Shown: in pieces, positions 61,091-64,000 of the stretch
Layout of the letters: every line of letters begins with the position of its first letter
How positions within the stretch are numbered: position 1 is the first letter of the stretch
Assembly: GCA_001600815.1 (NCBI GenBank)
Contig: BCKZ01000027.1
Location: 1 to 64,000, forward strand
Source of the DNA: Alloascoidea hylecoeti
Lineage: Eukaryota
Reading direction: 5' to 3'
DNA length: 64,000 nt
Position numbers and translations under genes: made by a program
Notes under the pieces: model-generated
What the model was told of the DNA's origin: nothing
Database searches by the model: none
The model's input: the letters and a program-made list of their open reading frames with translations, nothing else

Positions 61091-62644
61091 AATTAAAGGA
61101 TATAAGGGGAAGGAAAGATTCAAAGTTACAAAAGGAAGCGGGAGGTTTATAAATACAGTACAGATTTGTACGCTAATAAATTAGAAGTATGCATGCTGAA
61201 CCCGCAGGGATACTATAAAAACCTGAGGACACTCAGGGTTGCAAACCTCCAGCCGCAGACCAAGCTCGGTAGATTTAAAGTATCAGATTATCAATTCTAA
61301 CTTTTGGCCAACTTTCTTCCGCGTAAATGCTTCTTTTTTTAGTTATACTTCCTCACGTAAAATGGGTGAAATTAGACCCCTGTCTCAACATTGCTCTACT
61401 ATGTACGAGTAGGTTTGTGGGACTAAGCCCATTGTGTGTTTTCGGCGTTTCAGTTTCAGCTAGCTTTCCCTTAGATTGCTGTATGCATAAAATTATTCCC
61501 AAATTATCCGATCTCCATATTATAATTAATCCTTTAAACTGTTCGCCTTTAAATCATAAAATTTATACAATATTCTCAGATAGGTAGTTGAACTATACAA
61601 AATATTTGTTTAAAAACAGATGATTCTTAATGAGAGTTCAATTATCTTACTTTTGATACCAAAGTTGTTTTTTAATCACTAAGCTTTACGATAGGTTACT
61701 TGGCGTATTTCGTCTTTAGCTCATATAATTATGAAATTAAAAATCAATTATATTATATTTACAGTTGGATGGCAAAACTTTGTGAAACTTCAATATCCAT
61801 CATTCGTGGTTTGTCAAGGATTTACTAATAAAGGTGATGTTACTCAATGGTACAAAGGAATATCTATATCAATTATAGTACATGTTGTGAAAATAAATCC
61901 TCAAAGTAGATACTGCAACTGTTTAGGCTAACTTTTATGTGTCGTATTTAGCATTGTTCGATCCAGCTTGCGAAAAGTTATATTAGCTCAATCATCAATT
62001 TAACTTTAATTACAAAAAAAATAAGTCAAAAGGGTATCATGTAGCTAGTATCTAGCTTAAAGAGAAATTTCTCAAGATTCCTTTAAATCTCCAAATTTCA
62101 TCATTTTATCTGAATCAACAGCTTTCCCTTCTACAACATGATCCAATCTTGCTAGAGACTTCTAAAATATACTTGCAATTCAATTGAAACCTCAAGCTGT
62201 TTGATTTATAATCACCTCCTGAACGTAATATAAATTTTCATCACAGCATAGCCTATAATAAACGCGATTTAGATCTATAATTATAATACATGGCCATGAC
62301 TCATGAGAGTTCTAATTATAAAGGGAAAATAGTTACTCAGAAGATCTCATAACACATTTATTTCAATTTCTAAATATAGTCATACAGCTTTCTATTTCAA
62401 TTATTAGTATCCACTCTTGAGTAACAAGGTCGTGGGACTTTTTAGCGTGACTATTTCAACAGGGTCTTTATTATAACTCATGACCAATGTATTTTTCAAT
62501 CCTCTCTCTCATACGCGTATATTGCTAGTTTTAGCTACATTTGTTCAATTTACAACATCCGCATCAAAAACTCTTAATTATGTAATAGTAGACCCATTCA
62601 AATCCCGCGTCATATCTTTGTTATCTTAAAAGAGGTTTGGATTC

Positions 62645-62668
62645 ATTACAGGTACCGGTACCTGTAAT
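62645..62668. repeat. Perfect 24-bp palindrome
   Basis: ATTACAGGTACC|GGTACCTGTAAT. Confidence 0.95.
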
Positions 62669-64000
62669 ATCTCATCTTCATAGCACTTCATGATCACAAG
62701 TATTAATTTCAATATCAAACTATTTTCTTAGCTCTTGTGTACATGTGTTGTAAAATCAAATGACTTCAAACCAACGTAACGTCTTTAACTTTTAAGACAT
62801 TTCCAACATCAATTAAGCTATGACATATGTAATATTGTATTCTGAACTGCTACTATCCAGAGATACTTAAGGGAACTTCAAATCTAAATATAACTTGTAA
62901 TTGTATCTAGTTATTCTAGGATATCCTGTTGATTAACGTTATCTATAGTACTAGCGCCCAAACTCTCCAGGAAGAAATAAATGTATGTCTAGATTACCTT
63001 TAAATCTGATACTCTTTATTCATTTTTTTTTTATCTTTAGCATCGTTTGGAAATAGCTGTTTATCTTAAATGTTCCTAATCCCACTTAAAATTTAAGTAT
63101 CAGGGAGTTCATGTAAGGGCCTGCAGGGGCACAGAAAGAGTAAATTGATCCATAAATCTGATTTTTAAAAAGTTGAAACGTCGTTGGAAAAACTGAAAAA
63201 ACTAAATATAAATAACTTGAAATCATCATATATTTTCTGGAAGACTTCAATGAAGTATCGGCACTACCGTTAACGTTAAGTAGTACCATATATATATATA
63301 AATTATACTCTAGATTTCGATTATCCGAATAGCTCTACCACATTACATTTGCACGGCCCTTACACCGAGTTTGAATTTTATAGAGTATTAGTGTAGTTTG
63401 TTTCAATTCTTTGTAAGCTTATATAAAAAAAAAAGATTGTTTGAATTCTTGCTATTCAGGAACTTATTCATACTCTTGAGTTTAACTTTGGATATCAGCA
63501 CCACTAGAGATCGTGCGTCGAACGTATTTTATATTAAATTTCAATTCGGTCAGTCCTTAAACTTTAACAATCATCAAAACTTTTAAAACCTTCTCTAGTG
63601 ACAGCCTGGTATTTTTATTTCATATGACTATTAGAAATTGTGTTTTCAATTACACCTTCTTGAGATGATCGCAAAAAGAAATTAACAGAAGCATACAAAA
63701 AAATATGAATTTGATTCAATAATATAAAGTTCTCCAAGTTATCATCATCTACGTATACGAACATTCATACGATTGAGTTAAATTGGTTTAATTAAAATGT
63801 TAGGGTTTTATTGGCAGTAGTTACACCTAGCTTAAAGCCTAAAGTAAAAAAATAGTTTCTTCAGGATTTCCTACTCAAGTATTAATTAATTACGAATTAA
63901 TATATATTTCTCTTTCTAAAAGTTTCAGGCCATATATGTACTTTTTTAAACAAAATTAAACTTTTATTGACCATATCCTAGGGATTAAAAACCTTTTCTC

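Noticed and set aside
1..64000. tRNA/rRNA genes and telomeric arrays
   Set aside because: No cloverleaf with A/B boxes, rRNA motif or tandem telomeric array recognised by eye; tRNAscan-SE would be decisive.

Overview
AT-rich eukaryotic genomic DNA from a budding yeast (Saccharomycotina). It encodes a complex I subunit, has many short 50-106 nt introns, and reads CUG as Leu. Eighteen protein genes are supported: NDUFA12-like, DYS1, DUR1,2, FBA1, IRC21-like, UBP16-like, a secreted acid phosphatase, an alcohol acetyltransferase, PFA4, SIN3, RPB11, CDC5, TOP1, an OYE-type flavin oxidoreductase, a GNAT, eIF5A, MCM1 and an MNN4/LicD protein. Seven have introns that I reconstructed by hand because the ORF track misses exons. 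Gene-free tracts (1-8.6 kb, 26-32.2 kb, 50-52.4 kb, 61.2-64 kb) carry decayed transposon relics (LINE RT, pogo-like), palindromes and inverted repeats. Most interesting: PFA4-SIN3-RPB11-CDC5-TOP1 is the gene block flanking the sister centromeres CEN15/CEN13 in S. cerevisiae. On the side where CEN15 lies there is a ~6 kb gene-free tract with two near-perfect long inverted repeats, one nested in an older degenerate inversion. This is a candidate IR-type centromere or hairpin-RNA locus. The Pfa4 orthologue has a DHYC motif and has lost three of four ligands of one zinc site. All calls are by eye; no searches were run.
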